A stretch of 54,412 bases of DNA, counting the filler, from Porpidia crustulata (lineage: Eukaryota): NCBI GenBank assembly GCA_964255105.1. It is 4 parts of 4 records of this genome, joined end to end, with 100 filler letters (N's around TTAATTAATTAA, not from the genome) between each part and the next. Parts side by side here need not be neighbours in the genome. Positions count along the whole stretch, not along the records: positions 27,283 to 40,801 come from CAXUWE010000435.1; positions 40,902 to 54,412 come from CAXUWE010000436.1; 2 more parts are not named here. One strand, given 5' to 3'. Numbering within the stretch: the stretch's first letter is position 1; each line of letters begins with the position of its first letter. The notes beneath the pieces are model-generated. The model ran no database searches and was not told the DNA's origin. It was given only the letters and a program-made list of their open reading frames with translations. The position numbers and the translations under genes were made by a program. Below are positions 33,057-45,512 of the stretch, piece after piece.

Positions 33057-35942
33057 ATGGCGGAACATTTCTTAGTTTCTGTGGATCTCGACACTCTCCG
33101 GTCCACACAGGGTCTTGATCTGAAGACCGTTGCGTACCTGAACAGAGTACACACTACTGTCACTCCGCAAAATTATGAGGCTGCTACCTTTTTCTTACGA
33201 AAGCATTTCAATGATTTTACTACGTACTGCAATGTTACTGCCCTGGAGAATCTGCCTGACATAGTTTTGTTACTCGATAACGGGGCCGCCAAGGTTATTG
33301 TTCAGTTATGGCAACTGAATGCAATCGTTGAAGATAGGATCCTGGAGAAGGAGAGTTTCTCACGTCTCATTGTCTCTCTCGATCATTCCGTGTGCGTTGG
33401 CGACCCAGCCAAAGCAGCCAAGGAGATACAGAACGATGTTCAAACAGCCGTTCAAGATGAATCCGTGGGGATTCAAATTCATGACGTGCATGATTGGAAA
33501 CTTCTCGACATGATGAAAGTTAATTCGAAATCCCCCGGAGGCTATCCTTCTCGATATGTAACTCTGGCCTACAACACTTTGGACAACTATATTAAAGCTG
33601 TCAAAGATGGTCATATACCTATTGTGCCGGCGGAAGCGCTTACAACTGATGCTAAGAGGTATCCACACCTTCTGCCGGCGCAGCTCCTGATAACTTCCGC
33701 TATTCACACAGATAGACCTGACGGGTTGTATCCGACAGTGGTTACTGATGAGCACGGAATCTGCCTGGGTTTGGTCTATAGTAATGACAAGAGTTTGGAG
33801 ATTGCCCTGCAGTCTGGACAAGGGGTTTACCACAGTCGTTCGAGGAACGGGCTATGGATCAAGGGTGAAGAGAGTGGTGATACTCAAGAACTAATTAGCA
33901 TTGGGTGGGACTGCGACGCCGATGCATTGCGGTTTATGGTGAGGCAAAAGGGCGACGGTAAACCACCATTGAGAATAACGTAGGTAGAAAACCAATCAAC
34001 AAGTCGCTGACAAAAGTCCAGGATTTTGCCACTTAAAGAGCTCGACTTGCTTTGGTCCTTACGTTGGGCTAGCGCGCCTAGAGAGGACATTACAAACTCG
34101 AAGAACGTCGGCACCTGCCGGCTCTTACACTGCGAAGCTCTTTTCCAACCCTCAGTTGCTCCAGGCAAAGATCATGGAGGAAGCGAGTGAGCTGTGTGCG
34201 GCGAAGACCAAACAAGAAATTGCCTCTGAAGCCGCAGATCTTTTCTATTTCGCGTTAGCAAAGTGCGTGGCTGGGGAAGCAAACCTGGAAGACGTCGAAC
34301 GTAACCTCGACTTGAAGCACGCCAAGGCAACCAGAAGAAAGGGGGACGCCAAGCCTTATTGGGCCGAAAAGGTCGGCCTGAGAGATTCCAGCCAAGTCAC
34401 TTCTACAACAGTAAATGGCAACCAGGAGAACTATGTTCAGGAAACTGTTCTCTCCTCATGGCCTTCCCAGGAGAATGTAGTTCAGACCTCGGACCTGGAG
34501 AAGGAAGCGGCATCAGTACCTAAAAGCAGAGAAGATGATGCCGGAATCAAGAATGACAAGATAAAGATGAGAAGGTACCAAACCTCAACTACCGATCCTG
34601 CGGTATTAAAAGAGGTGCTCCAGCGCCCTTCCCAAAGATCGACAGATCATATTCTCAGCATTGTTCGCCCCATAATCGAAGACGTTCGTAATGGAGGTGA
34701 TACTGCACTTCTCAAGTACACTCACAAATTTGAGAGAGCTACATCTCTCAAGTCACCTGTTCTACGAGCACCATTCCCTGAAAAGCTCATGCAATTACCC
34801 TCGGAGACAATCGAAGCAATTAATATCAGCTTCAATAACATTGAGTCTTTTCACGCGGCGCAGGTCGAAGCAAAGCCATTGCAGAAGGAAACCATGCCAG
34901 GGGTTGTTTGCTCTCGTTTCTCTCGTCCCATTGAAAGTGTTGGACTCTATGTACCAGGTGGGACTGCTGTATTACCGTCGACAGCCATGATGCTTGGCGT
35001 TCCAGCGATGGTAGCAGGGTGCAAGAAGATCGTTATAGCTTCACCTCCGCGACACGACGGTACAATATCCCCGGAGATTGTTTATATAGCGCAAAAGGTG
35101 GGCGCAGAAAGCATAGTTCTTGCAGGTGGCGCCCAGGCCGTTGCTGCGATGGCATATGGCACAGAGAGCGTGACCAAAGTCGACAAAATTCTAGGTCCTG
35201 GGAACCAATTTGTCACCGCAGGCAAGATGCTAGTATCCAATGACACCACTGCGTGTGTCAGTATCGACATGCCAGCAGGACCTAGTGAGGTATTGGTCAT
35301 AGCGGACAAGACTTCCAACCCAGCCTTTGTAGCTTCGGACCTGCTGAGCCAAGCCGAGCATGGCGTTGACTCGCAGGTCATCTTGATTGCGGTCGGCCTC
35401 AATGAGTCGCAGCTAGCAGCCATTGAAGATGAGCTACATACCCAAGCGAAAGCTCTACCAAGAATGGATATCGTGAGAGGGGCCATCGAGCACTCGGTTA
35501 CGCTGATAGTCGAGGATATCAGAGAAGCAATGATTTGGAGCAATTATTGGGCGCCGGAGCATCTAATCCTTCAGGCCGACAACGCGGAAGCTGTATTGGC
35601 CAAGGTTGAGAATGCTGGCAGTGTGTTCGTGGGACCATGGACTCCGGAGAGTGTTGGAGACTATTCTGCTGGAGTCAATCACTCTCTACGTAGGTCCTAT
35701 TCATTCCTTTCATTATTCATAGACTGATCATCCTTCCTACAGCAACCTGTGGTTATGCCAAGCAATACTCCGGTGTCAACCTCGCCTCATTCACCAAGCA
35801 CATCACCAGCTCCCATCTCACCAAACAGGGGTTGAGGAACCTCGGCGGCGCTGTAATGCAATTAGCCAAGGTCGAACAGTTGGAGGCACATCGCCGAGCG
35901 GTCAGCATTAGGCTGGAGCAGATGGACGCAGCAAATGATTGA
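33057..35942 (+). CDS. HIS4: Histidine biosynthesis trifunctional protein (PR-AMP cyclohydrolase / PR-ATP pyrophosphohydrolase / histidinol dehydrogenase), 3 exons
   Basis: DRPDGLYPT, GLWIKGEESG, DCDADAL, GFCH, KIMEEASEL, GLYVPGGTAVLPST, GPGNQFV, DMPAGPSE, LSQAEHG, APEHL, GDYSAGVNHSL, LEAHRRAV. TGACTC at 32900-32905 upstream. Confidence 0.96.
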
Positions 35943-37230
35943 AGAATTAGCAGATGAGTGTACCCTTGTGCGCGCTGTATATACATTAAAAGCTTCTAAA
36001 GAAAGTGCACGAATTATACCATCAATGCATTCACGGGTAGAATCAGGGCTCAGAATAGAAGAAAATTGCGATCAACAGCAATGTAGCGATTGACACTCTT
36101 CAAACTGAGTACCCCCTATTTTCCATTTTGTTTCAATCACCAAGCGTCGAATCTCAGAGAACTCTCGCTCTGTCAATCGAAATTTCTTCCTCCGATTTTT
36201 TCCCCAAGATAAATTCCTCCCCACCGTCTCTTCCTGTCTTTACTACAATTCTACTGTACTTTGACTCTTCCCCATCAGTCCAACCAGTCACTCAATTTCG
36301 GCGTATGACTGCCCCAAATAAGCCCAAATCCTCCATCCAAACTAAACAGACAAAACACCCAAGTGGGTTCCAGGGATTCCGAATCAGGTGTCATCCACAC
36401 AGACGCACAGAGCCACAAAATACCAGACAGCAAAGCTGGTAGGGTCCTAGTCCCCCAACGACATGAAGCCCAGACAATGAAGCTAGAAAGGAGGGATTAA
36501 CAACCCCCCTGTAATTCACCCGCTGAACTCGATGTTTTCCAAATAGACATCTTTCCAACCGCATACTACCCCATCGAATCAGTCGCGGCCTTGGGTATCT
36601 ACACATGCATCCCAGGCACTTCGTGCTCCGCATTCTACCCACTTCATCTTTTTACCCCCTTCTAGTTTCTCCCATCCCTGCCACTCCGACAACCACACCG
36701 CCACCATTCCGAACATAGACATTGCTTTCTCGGCCCTCGAGACGCGGTATCGATGTCATAACCGAGGGGAGTGAATGCCAACGGGCGTAATGCTTGGGCT
36801 AGGGAAGCGGCAAAGCTTGCTGAGCATGACCGGGCGGATGAGGCTAGATACAAAATCAGGGTGCTAGGGAGAATGGTTCAGTTGCTACCTTGACTGATTT
36901 CCTACATTTTTATTGTTCTTCCCGTGATCATGTCTATGCAAGATGGGAGAGCGGGTGCTTGTGGGAAGTCACGGAGGAATGGGGAAGGTTGAGGTGGTGA
37001 AGACTTTCAATGGACCTGGCTTGTCAGAGTATGACGGGCCTTGTTTTGTGGTTGGAGATTTCCCGATAGCATAAGCGGTTCTACACAGAAAGGTTCCGGA
37101 TGTGATCTTGTCTAGGAGTGACGAATTCTGCCCCATCTCAAGAAGTCTAATATCAACCGCCGTCCTCCCCAGCAGCTAAATATACATCGATGCGAAATCC
37201 CATCGAAAAGAGGTACAGTCAACGCTTTCA

Positions 37231-39011
37231 CTATGCGTTCCGGCTCATGTCGTTGCGGATCCTATTGCAGATCAAGTATCAGTATTTTGAGTTGTTGGAA
37301 ATGATCAATGCCAGTACAAGCGCGAACCTGTTATAATCTAACAAACCCTCAATCGAGCCCACGGCGCTCACGGCTACATCTTGATCCCAGAGCTTCCTCC
37401 TTGCAAAGTCCATAACATCCTTTTCGGAAATTTGACCGACGACCTTTTCGACCTCGGCCGGGTTCATCCGGCGGCCGGTGGTGACGATTTGACGGCCTAT
37501 GTCTTCGGCTACGGCTGGAAGCTTATAGTCAGTATCCTACAGCTGGCCAAAAAGGTGCAGGTACTGATGGAGGTTTAAGTTACCAGTGGTACCGTCAAGC
37601 GATAGTAAGATTGATGCCTTGAGCTGCGCCTTTGCTCTTTCGGTCTCTGCCTCCGTGACGTTGTATGAAAGTCTACTCCATTCCCTAAGTGTGAAGTGAA
37701 CTAGATCATCAATCTGGGTCTTGTTCTCAGTAACAAGGTAGATACCCCACAGGCTTGTAGAAGTTAGCGGTCATGTTGTAGGGGTATCATTTTGGCGAAC
37801 ATTTACGGCTTACCCTGTGTCGCTGTAACTCGTTGAGAAGCTCATGAAGCTGTTTGCAAGTTTATTCTCGTGAATGAAGGTGCTGAGCTTACTACCCAGG
37901 TATGGAGAGTTGCCCATTGCCCGGTCCCAATTGCCAACAATTGCTTGTGTCACCAACCCGGTAAAATAGTCGTCGTCCTTCCAGCTGACACCCTCCACTG
38001 CAATGGCAATGTTGGCTGTGGGTATGGTGTCATCTCTTATACGCACTTCAGAGCCGACGAAATCAGGTTTGGCCTTCTGCTGTGCAGCAATCGCGGAGGA
38101 ATATGAATTGGGTGGCTCTGTAGGTAAATTTGAAAAGTATTTCTCTGCCAAGTCGACTAGCTGTTCATGTGGTACACCGCCTGCACCAACTAACACCATA
38201 CGATCGGCTGTGTAATTCTGCTTGATGTAACCAACCAGGTCATCCCTTTGGATGCTGGCGATGTTCTCCTTCGGACCAAGAATGGTACGGCCAAGGGGTT
38301 GGCCCTGGAAAGCGGTTGCATGTAAATGGTCAAATACAACCTCTTCCAGCTGCTTATCAACTTCTTCTTGTTCGCGTAGAATAACGTCTCGCTCCCGCTC
38401 GATGGCGGATGGTTCAAGCTTTGAGTTCTGGAGGATGTCGGAGAGGATGTTGACGGTAGCAGGGACGTCGGAATTGAACGATTTGGCGTAGTAGACAGTA
38501 TTTTCGCGCTGATCAAATTAGATACGAGTGTTGATAAACAATAGGAAATGAAATTACCGATGTGTAAGCATTAAGATGACCTCCCATGTTTTCTATCTCG
38601 AGCTCGAGTTGTTGCTGTGTTCGGTCTTTGGTACCCTAATGTAACCTTTAGCCCAAGTACTACCTTCAAAAAATCGAACTACCTTGAAAGCCAGGTGCTC
38701 CAAGAAGTGAGCGGTGCCATTGGTCTTATCCGTTTCTGCTCGCGAGCCCGCGTCAATCCATACACCGACAGTCGAAGTTTGCGCCCATGGCGAGTGTTCC
38801 GTAGCTATCTACACCAGAATGAGACATGACGATTTCAACGCTAGATTCAGCGTACCGTGAACCCGTTTGTCAATGTGGTGCTCTCGGTATTCACGCCGTA
38901 ATTTGTGGTGACTGGCGTTGCTAAACCTCTCCGCACTGGCTGTATTGACCTAAGCGCTGCTCGGCTCCGTATTGCCTGATTGAGGTTGAGAGCTAATCGC
39001 CGTGAGGCCAT
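37231..39011 (-). CDS. MAS1: Mitochondrial-processing peptidase beta subunit (M16), multi-exon
   Basis: [10 protein letters not shown] presequence; [26 protein letters not shown] (HxxEH), [42 protein letters not shown]. Confidence 0.94.
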
Positions 39012-39256
39012 GGCACTGACTTAAGGGATTGGAGATAATTAGTCGGGCGGAGCTCTGGGAAACTTGAAGTTGGTCTTGGGGTAAAACAGTCGGATGGTTT
39101 TGCGATTTCCATGTGGTCATTCTATCCAATGGCAGCATGCTTATGTAAGCCAAATATAGCGTATTGCTTGGGACCGTCAAAGGAGATCAATTCTATGTGA
39201 ACTCGCCGCTGCGACTGGTAGGAAAGGTTCAACAACGGCGATCAACCAGAGCAATA

Positions 39257-40090
39257 ATGGCGTCGATTGTGAAACCCGCGATAAGCGGGCAGCTATGCCT
39301 GTCATTTGGAGCACGTAGGACTATGACACAGCCCTCATATCTTCCCAAATCTACGAAATCAGCAACAACAGTTCCCCGCATTTGGCACAACTTTCATCGA
39401 TTACCATCGAATCGAGTCTCGCCGTTGCAGGAGAAATCTATTCAGGCGACTAAATTTGCAGCCTTCCATGTCAGCAGCCGGAAGAATATTCTTCCTGCAC
39501 TACCTCGTACGCTCCGAACTCCAGCGTTTGTCTTCGTATATTGGCTAATTGAATATCAGAGGTAATCCAGGGAACCGGTACGCACTCGTTTCTATCTTTA
39601 CAGGAGACTGACCTCTTGAGCTGACCTATCATTAGCGAATGATCCAGCCCCAGTACCTACGCCTTCTCCAACTCACGGGAGCTACCACTGGACTTTCGAA
39701 CGGTACGTGCCCACCGGGTAGACCGCCATCTACACACTGACTTGTTATGTACAGGCTACTATCAGTTGCCCTTGTTCCCCTGACCGTTGCCCCTTTTGCC
39801 TCTGGAAGCCTCAATCCTATAACCGACGCTCTACTATGCGCGACCATCCTCATCCACTCACATATTGGATTCCAGTATGTCAGCAAAAATTAGGCGATGA
39901 ACGAATAGCTAATTACCTTGACAGAGCTATCATCATTGATTACATTCCCAATAGGCGATTGCCTAAAACTAGGAAGCTATTCTGGTGGGGACTGCGAGCG
40001 GCAACTCTGACTGTGGCAGTGGGTCTGTACGAGTTCGAAACCACCGATGTGGGGTTAACAGAGGCCATCAAGAGAATCTGGACTGCATGA
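39257..40090 (+). CDS. SDH4: Succinate dehydrogenase cytochrome b small subunit (CybS, SDH4/TIM18 family), 5 exons including an ~18-nt micro-exon
   Basis: Presequence; ILPALP|..IQGT|ANDPAPVP..SPTHGSYHWTFER|...HSHIGFQ|AIIIDYIP...GLYEFETTDVGLTEAIKRIWTA*. Confidence 0.9.
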
Positions 40091-40748
40091 GCGAGAAAGC
40101 TTCAAAGAATTCATGTACATGATTTATACAATTGATCAAACAATGAGATCTTTTGGGGATAGCATGAAGCTCCCACGATGTGATGCCGCATATCATTTGT
40201 ATGCCTGTTAAGCCTAGTGGTATTTTTTTGTTTCGATGTCCCAACATTCAACATGCATGACCGCTCCTCCGACCGAAGAGCACCTTAGACGAATCAACGA
40301 GGACCCAGTTCCGGATCCAAAGTTCCTTCGAGCATTACGTTGGAGTGTAGGCTTCAATGCCCCCACGACAAGGACGAAAGTTGCATGAAAGACTGAATGT
40401 GCCCTCGTGACTAAATCATATGGATTATTTAATTGACCTAGAGCGAGAAGCATCTCCAGTGCTAAGACGTTCATATGCAATGGACGCAGGCAGTTGATAA
40501 AAATCGTTTTCTTCATCATATTGGCTGAGTTGAATTTCTAATCACCCTTGATCGATGTTTGAATGACAATCCAATCACGCTCCTTTCAACCCAATAAACC
40601 TGGAACGAAAAATGCGAGATGAGCTAGGCATGCATTGGCCTGGGCCACGAATCCAAGCAAGTAGTAGTTGCCGCATCAAAGTGGGCATTGAAAGGATATA
40701 TGTATTTCCAAGAATCTATATTTAAGGAATATCTAAGTAGTGTGATAG

Positions 40749-40801
40749 TAGGAGTATTCCCGGGCCCGTGCACGTTCCGGTCCCGTGCACACCCCAAACC
40801 C
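40749..40801 (+). mobile_element. Probable second pogo/Fot1-like TIR (different sequence family) at the scaffold edge
   Basis: TA|GGAGTATTC followed by CCGGGCCCGTGCAC (40760-40773) and CCGGTCCCGTGCAC (40777-40790), 17-nt period, immediately before the contig break. Confidence 0.5.
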
Positions 40802-40901
40802 NNNNNNNNNNNNNNNNNNNNNNNNNNNNNNNNNNNNNNNNNNNNTTAATTAATTAANNNNNNNNNNNNNNNNNNNNNNNNNNNNNNNNNNNNNNNNNNN
40901 N
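40802..40901. other. Artificial scaffold linker
   Basis: N/TTAATTAATTAA/N. Confidence 0.97.
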
Positions 40902-40926
40902 CCACTAACTTCCTCCACCCTCTCAG

Positions 40927-41284
40927 TATCGCCCGCACAGCCGGCGCCCTCATCCTCAACTCCGGTGGCGTCGTCCGCGGCATCACAAACTGGGGCACCT
41001 ACCTCCTGACCAAACCCGTGCGCAAGCACCAACTGCGCCACGACAGCGGCCACCACTTCCTCATGCGCTTCGACTGCTCGCCCGAAACGCAGGAGCTCGT
41101 GAGGAAGACGATTGCCATCGACCCGAGGATGATCAGGTGCGGGGTGGTGAAGATGGGCGGGACGTTGAAGGAGATTATGGACGTGAAGGGGACGGTGGAC
41201 TGGAAGCGGACGAGTGATAGGGTCAATCTGACGCCGACGAGGGAGAATTTTGGGACCGTCAGGTCGGTAAATTTGGAGAAATAG
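40927..41284 (+). CDS. MRP17: Mitochondrial ribosomal protein bS6m, last exon (5' end missing)
   Basis: CTAAC...CAG acceptor, then IARTAGALILNSGGVVRGITNWG...GHHFLMRFD...DPRMIRCGVVK. Confidence 0.85.
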
Positions 41285-41667
41285 AAGGTAGCATGGTCTC
41301 GGCGTTTCGGACGATGTGATGGAGGCCTTTGATGTGCACAGTCAAGTATACAGATTTAAGTGATTTCCATGGCTAGTATATCGAGCTGGGATATGAGATC
41401 ATCCAAGGCAATTACAGACTGATTAAGCAGAAGCGACTCTTCCCAGTCGAAAGTGGTACGTTGGTTCTATTCTACTGTTCAATGATGTCTTTCACAGTAT
41501 ATTGGAAAGGAAAAAACATGGAATGCTGAATGGCTTTGGGTATGGTTGAGGCTCATGAACCGCTTACTCCTGCCTTCATGTGAAACTTATCACGACGTAC
41601 TGAGGGACAACAAGCTGAAATGGAATCACGCCGTGAACGCCACCGCATCCCAAGGCAAAGAAGCATC

Positions 41668-44563
41668 CTAAAACAGTCGCCACCCTCGATCTCTTTCTTT
41701 CGCGGCGCCAGCTGCCTGCTGCAAACTTGCCTCTCTCCGCTTTTCCTTGCCCTCTAGCATTTTCAAACTCTCCATCTTCTCGAGGACTAGCTCGAGCAGC
41801 TCCTTGCGCTTGATGACATCGAGATGTTTCCTGATCTTTGGATCCTCTCGGGCGAATCGCTCGATTTCATCGTCACTCAAGTGTCGCCCGAGTCGCGCGT
41901 CCAATTCGCGCGGGAAATTATAGTAAAACTCGGAGAGTAATTCGACGTTCAAGAAGAGTACCGAAGTTGAAGTAAGTTTATCCGCAACGATGTCGAGAAA
42001 GATCTCGGGACACTGATACTTCGAACTCTTGGTAGAGCATTGTTTAGACCTCAGGGCCTGAAGGCGCATTTGAAGTATCGATGCTCGATCACGGAGAAAG
42101 ACTGCTTCTCGACCTGTCATCATGGTAAGTAGCTGTAAAAGATCAGTGACGGAGCATATACCATACCTTTCGCCAGCAGGGCGGCACTGAAACCGCCAGC
42201 GCCCCCAATACCGTCCCCTTCGAGAACAACTTCACCCTTACGCAATCGGTCAATGAAGGCCATAATATCTCTGAGTTTCTTTTTGCCGCCAGCATTAGCT
42301 TCCGCTGCCTGCACTGCGGCAGTACATGCTTTCAGCTCTTTTCTCAGAACATCGGATACATTTTGGCGTCCTTTCGCCCATTCGGCATCTTCTACTTCAA
42401 TCTCATACTTGTATGGTTTTATACAGTTCTCAACTTGATCACTAGTGCTGTAAAACCGCTCGTTCAAGATCCCAGCAGATGCACCAGTTATGGCTTGACG
42501 AGCGAAAGGGTGTGCGGCGAAAGTAGACTGCGCTATCAGACGATCAACCTCGGATTGCAGGGCGTTGGCGACTACCGTAGTAGCCAGGCGGCCAATGCCC
42601 GACTTCGTAAGAGATGACGTCGAAGCATCAAGCTTTCGAAGCCAGTACAATGATTCATTGTCAGCCCTGGGCAGATCTTGGAGGGAATCCGGTTCTAGTG
42701 GCGAAGGTGAGAGGTCACTAATAGGCTTGTTCCAGTACCTTTGAGCGAGTAAGTCCAAAACTCGTTGATCTAGTTCTTCCTTTAGCAGCTCTCGGACCTG
42801 TGCTCGGCCAAAAGATTGTGCGAATTCTTTAAAAGAGTGTTTGAATGCATCAAGGCTCTCGGCAAGATAGGACTCTGCACTTAAGGGTCGGTCGTTGTAC
42901 TGAACTTTAAACTCATACGTAGCTTCCTCCAGCTCCTGATGGATCGCATCACTGGTCCCTTGGAGACTGGACGCCATAGTCTGCTCGAGTACATGCATTA
43001 GCTTTTTGCGTAATGTGGTGGTACCAACAGCCAGCCCAGAGTCAGAGCCAAATTCCGCAGAGTGAGCCGAGAAAAACGTGGTTTCGTTCTTCGTCACCGC
43101 GTTCGTAATATTTCCACTTCCTCTTGAGAATAGTCCGGTACTCTGAGGTACACGACTGATAACTCCAACATAACCAAGACGCAAGGGATATTTCCTGTCA
43201 CTTAAGATACTGGCACCCCTTGCAGCATCGACAAGATCCATCTTGGTCACCACTCCGATAGTCCTTTCTCCCCGAGGATCTACTCGCCGGCTAGCACGGA
43301 GAGCGGTGGAATTTGCAAGATCAACATCTGCGGCCGATATGGCAAGGATTACGTTAGGAGGCTGAATATACTTATCACATGGATCGGCAATCTTCTGCTT
43401 TAATTCTGGGGGTTGGTCGGCTCCCGAGACCTGAATATATCCGGGTAGATCGATTAAGGAGAGGTCCGGTACATTGGGCGAATATATCGAAAGTTGGATT
43501 GGGTCATCTGAGACGCAGGCTGCTGCAGGTACAGCAAGATTGAGATCTGTGAGAGTTTTTTGTATATGCGAAAAGTCCGTGATCTTCCCTAATCCTAGTG
43601 CTGGAAATTCTCCATACTCAGCATGCGCGTCAGGGGTATTAACTAGCGTCAGCTCGATGGGTCGGCGCGTGATCATGTTTGAACCCTTCGGCAGAAACTC
43701 ATGGCCCACTACTGCCTCGAGCACCGAGCTTTTCCCTGATGATTGAGATCCGATAACAACAATCGATGGCAATACCAAGGCATCCGATTGTTCCACCACC
43801 TGCAGTATGCTCCTGATTTCAATCATTTTTTTGGTCAACATCATCATTTGGTCGTCCTTCGCAACCTCCGGTCCTGGCCTTTCGTCGTCTTCTGGCGATT
43901 GGGTATAGCCTAAAGCTGCAGCAGTACCCGCAGCACCTACCAAAACCCCCGACCCTCTGCTCTGCTTGGGTGGTTCTCCACCATTCTCTGAAGATCCGCC
44001 TTTTCCCAATGGTCCCTCGCCAACCTGCAATATTCGTTGAAGCCATATTGGGAGCTCGATGTTCTCTTTCGTTCTCTCCCAGCCAGTCTTTGTCTGGCCG
44101 GTTATATCTTTTGCTCCATCGAATATGCTTCCAGTGACCCCCGTCACCACCTCGCTAGCTCTCTGAAATACACTAACGGCGTAATTACCGGCCTCTAAGC
44201 ACGACAGACAATTAGCATTAAGTCAATTCTCCAAGCACTCGAGTCCTCACGTGTAGCTTGATATTGCAGATACGCCAGTCCACCAATAGTCGCAGCTCCA
44301 AACATAGCAGGTATCCTCACCAATTTCAGGGCCAAATTCGGTAAAACTCGAGCGAAGGAAATTGTCCGAACTGCAGGCACGTTGTGAACAGAGTATGCTC
44401 CAAACGGCCAGGCTCGTCTTCCATTTTGTCGCGAGCTTGGTAGGATTTGTCTCCTCAGTAACCCTCCAGCACCAGTGGCAGGTTGATGCATGTACCGACG
44501 AAGGCCACGCATTTGGGTAGGGCCCCAGCGCGCAAGTCGCGCAGCGATGTTGACTTGACTCAT
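41668..44563 (-). CDS. MGM1: Mitochondrial dynamin-related fusion GTPase, 3 exons
   Basis: Presequence plus TM (RIPAMFGAATIGGLAY); LPSIVVIGSQSSGKSSVLE, TRRPIEL, DLPG, TKMD; C-terminal FAREDPKIRKHLD. Confidence 0.95.
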
Positions 44564-45512
44564 AGCAGCAGAGGATTCAAGGGACACAGTGGGTCCTCTG
44601 ATGTATCCGAACCTGGTCCATGGTAGCAGCGCGCAAGCTTAAGAGGACCTAGAAGGCAGTGGGCAGATAAATGCGTTGGAAGCCGGCAAAGCGAAAAGAC
44701 GTCAATTCGGATCCCTGTCAGCCTTGCCTTATCAGCCCTACGCCAGTCAACGTCCTGAGATCCACTCAATTGAGCGAATCTGTAGTGTCGATTACAGTAA
44801 ACCCGTCGATATTGTTGCGGGTAAAGAATCAAGGCGTACATAGCTCCCATTGCTGTCTTCAGCTCGAATTGTAAACCATACTAAGACCTTGGGACTGCAG
44901 TCATTCGATCCCGGAGATAATGCGATGGTCAATGACATGTTTATAAAAGTCAAGCATGGTTTGACTACATCAATTCCTAGTATTCTGAAGACGTTGAACT
45001 TTTTCCGTATAATCAGTGTTCTCAATTCGTCATGAGACCTTTGCGATTTTTGGGACTACCTAACCTATCATGCTGTGCCTAGAAGTTGGTCAAAACTCGC
45101 AGAAAGTACACGTGGGTATTGTTTAGAGCCGTACCGAATTGCAGTAGACTGAACACCAAAAGGAATTCGTCACTCGTGAGGTGTCGCGGTGAAGAATGTC
45201 TACACAGTGAAATGACCGCTGCTTTTGTACGAGAAGACCGAATCGATATCCAGCTCGCCCGAGTTGCGTAGTAACATGCCTAAAAGGAACAGATCGAATT
45301 AAAAGGGGGGTTGGAGATACGGATAAAATGCATTCAAGACCAGATGCGGAGACTTCTTACACTACTCTGTACAGAAGTAGTAACTCGTTGACCGCACTGA
45401 AAAACCGACACATCTTCACCGCCACCACAGAAGAAAATAAAACGCGACATGAATGAGGTGTACACAAAGAATAGGTGCGTCCAAACCATATCAGATTACA
45501 AAACGTGCAGAA

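Noticed and set aside
36300..36700. Telomerase RNA, RNase P/MRP or snoRNA
   Set aside because: No CTAACCCTA-type template or convincing conserved boxes found by eye.
27283..40801. Whole scaffold 3 as a giant transposon bounded by TIRs
   Set aside because: The two terminal repeats differ in sequence and face outward, and the content is core housekeeping genes.
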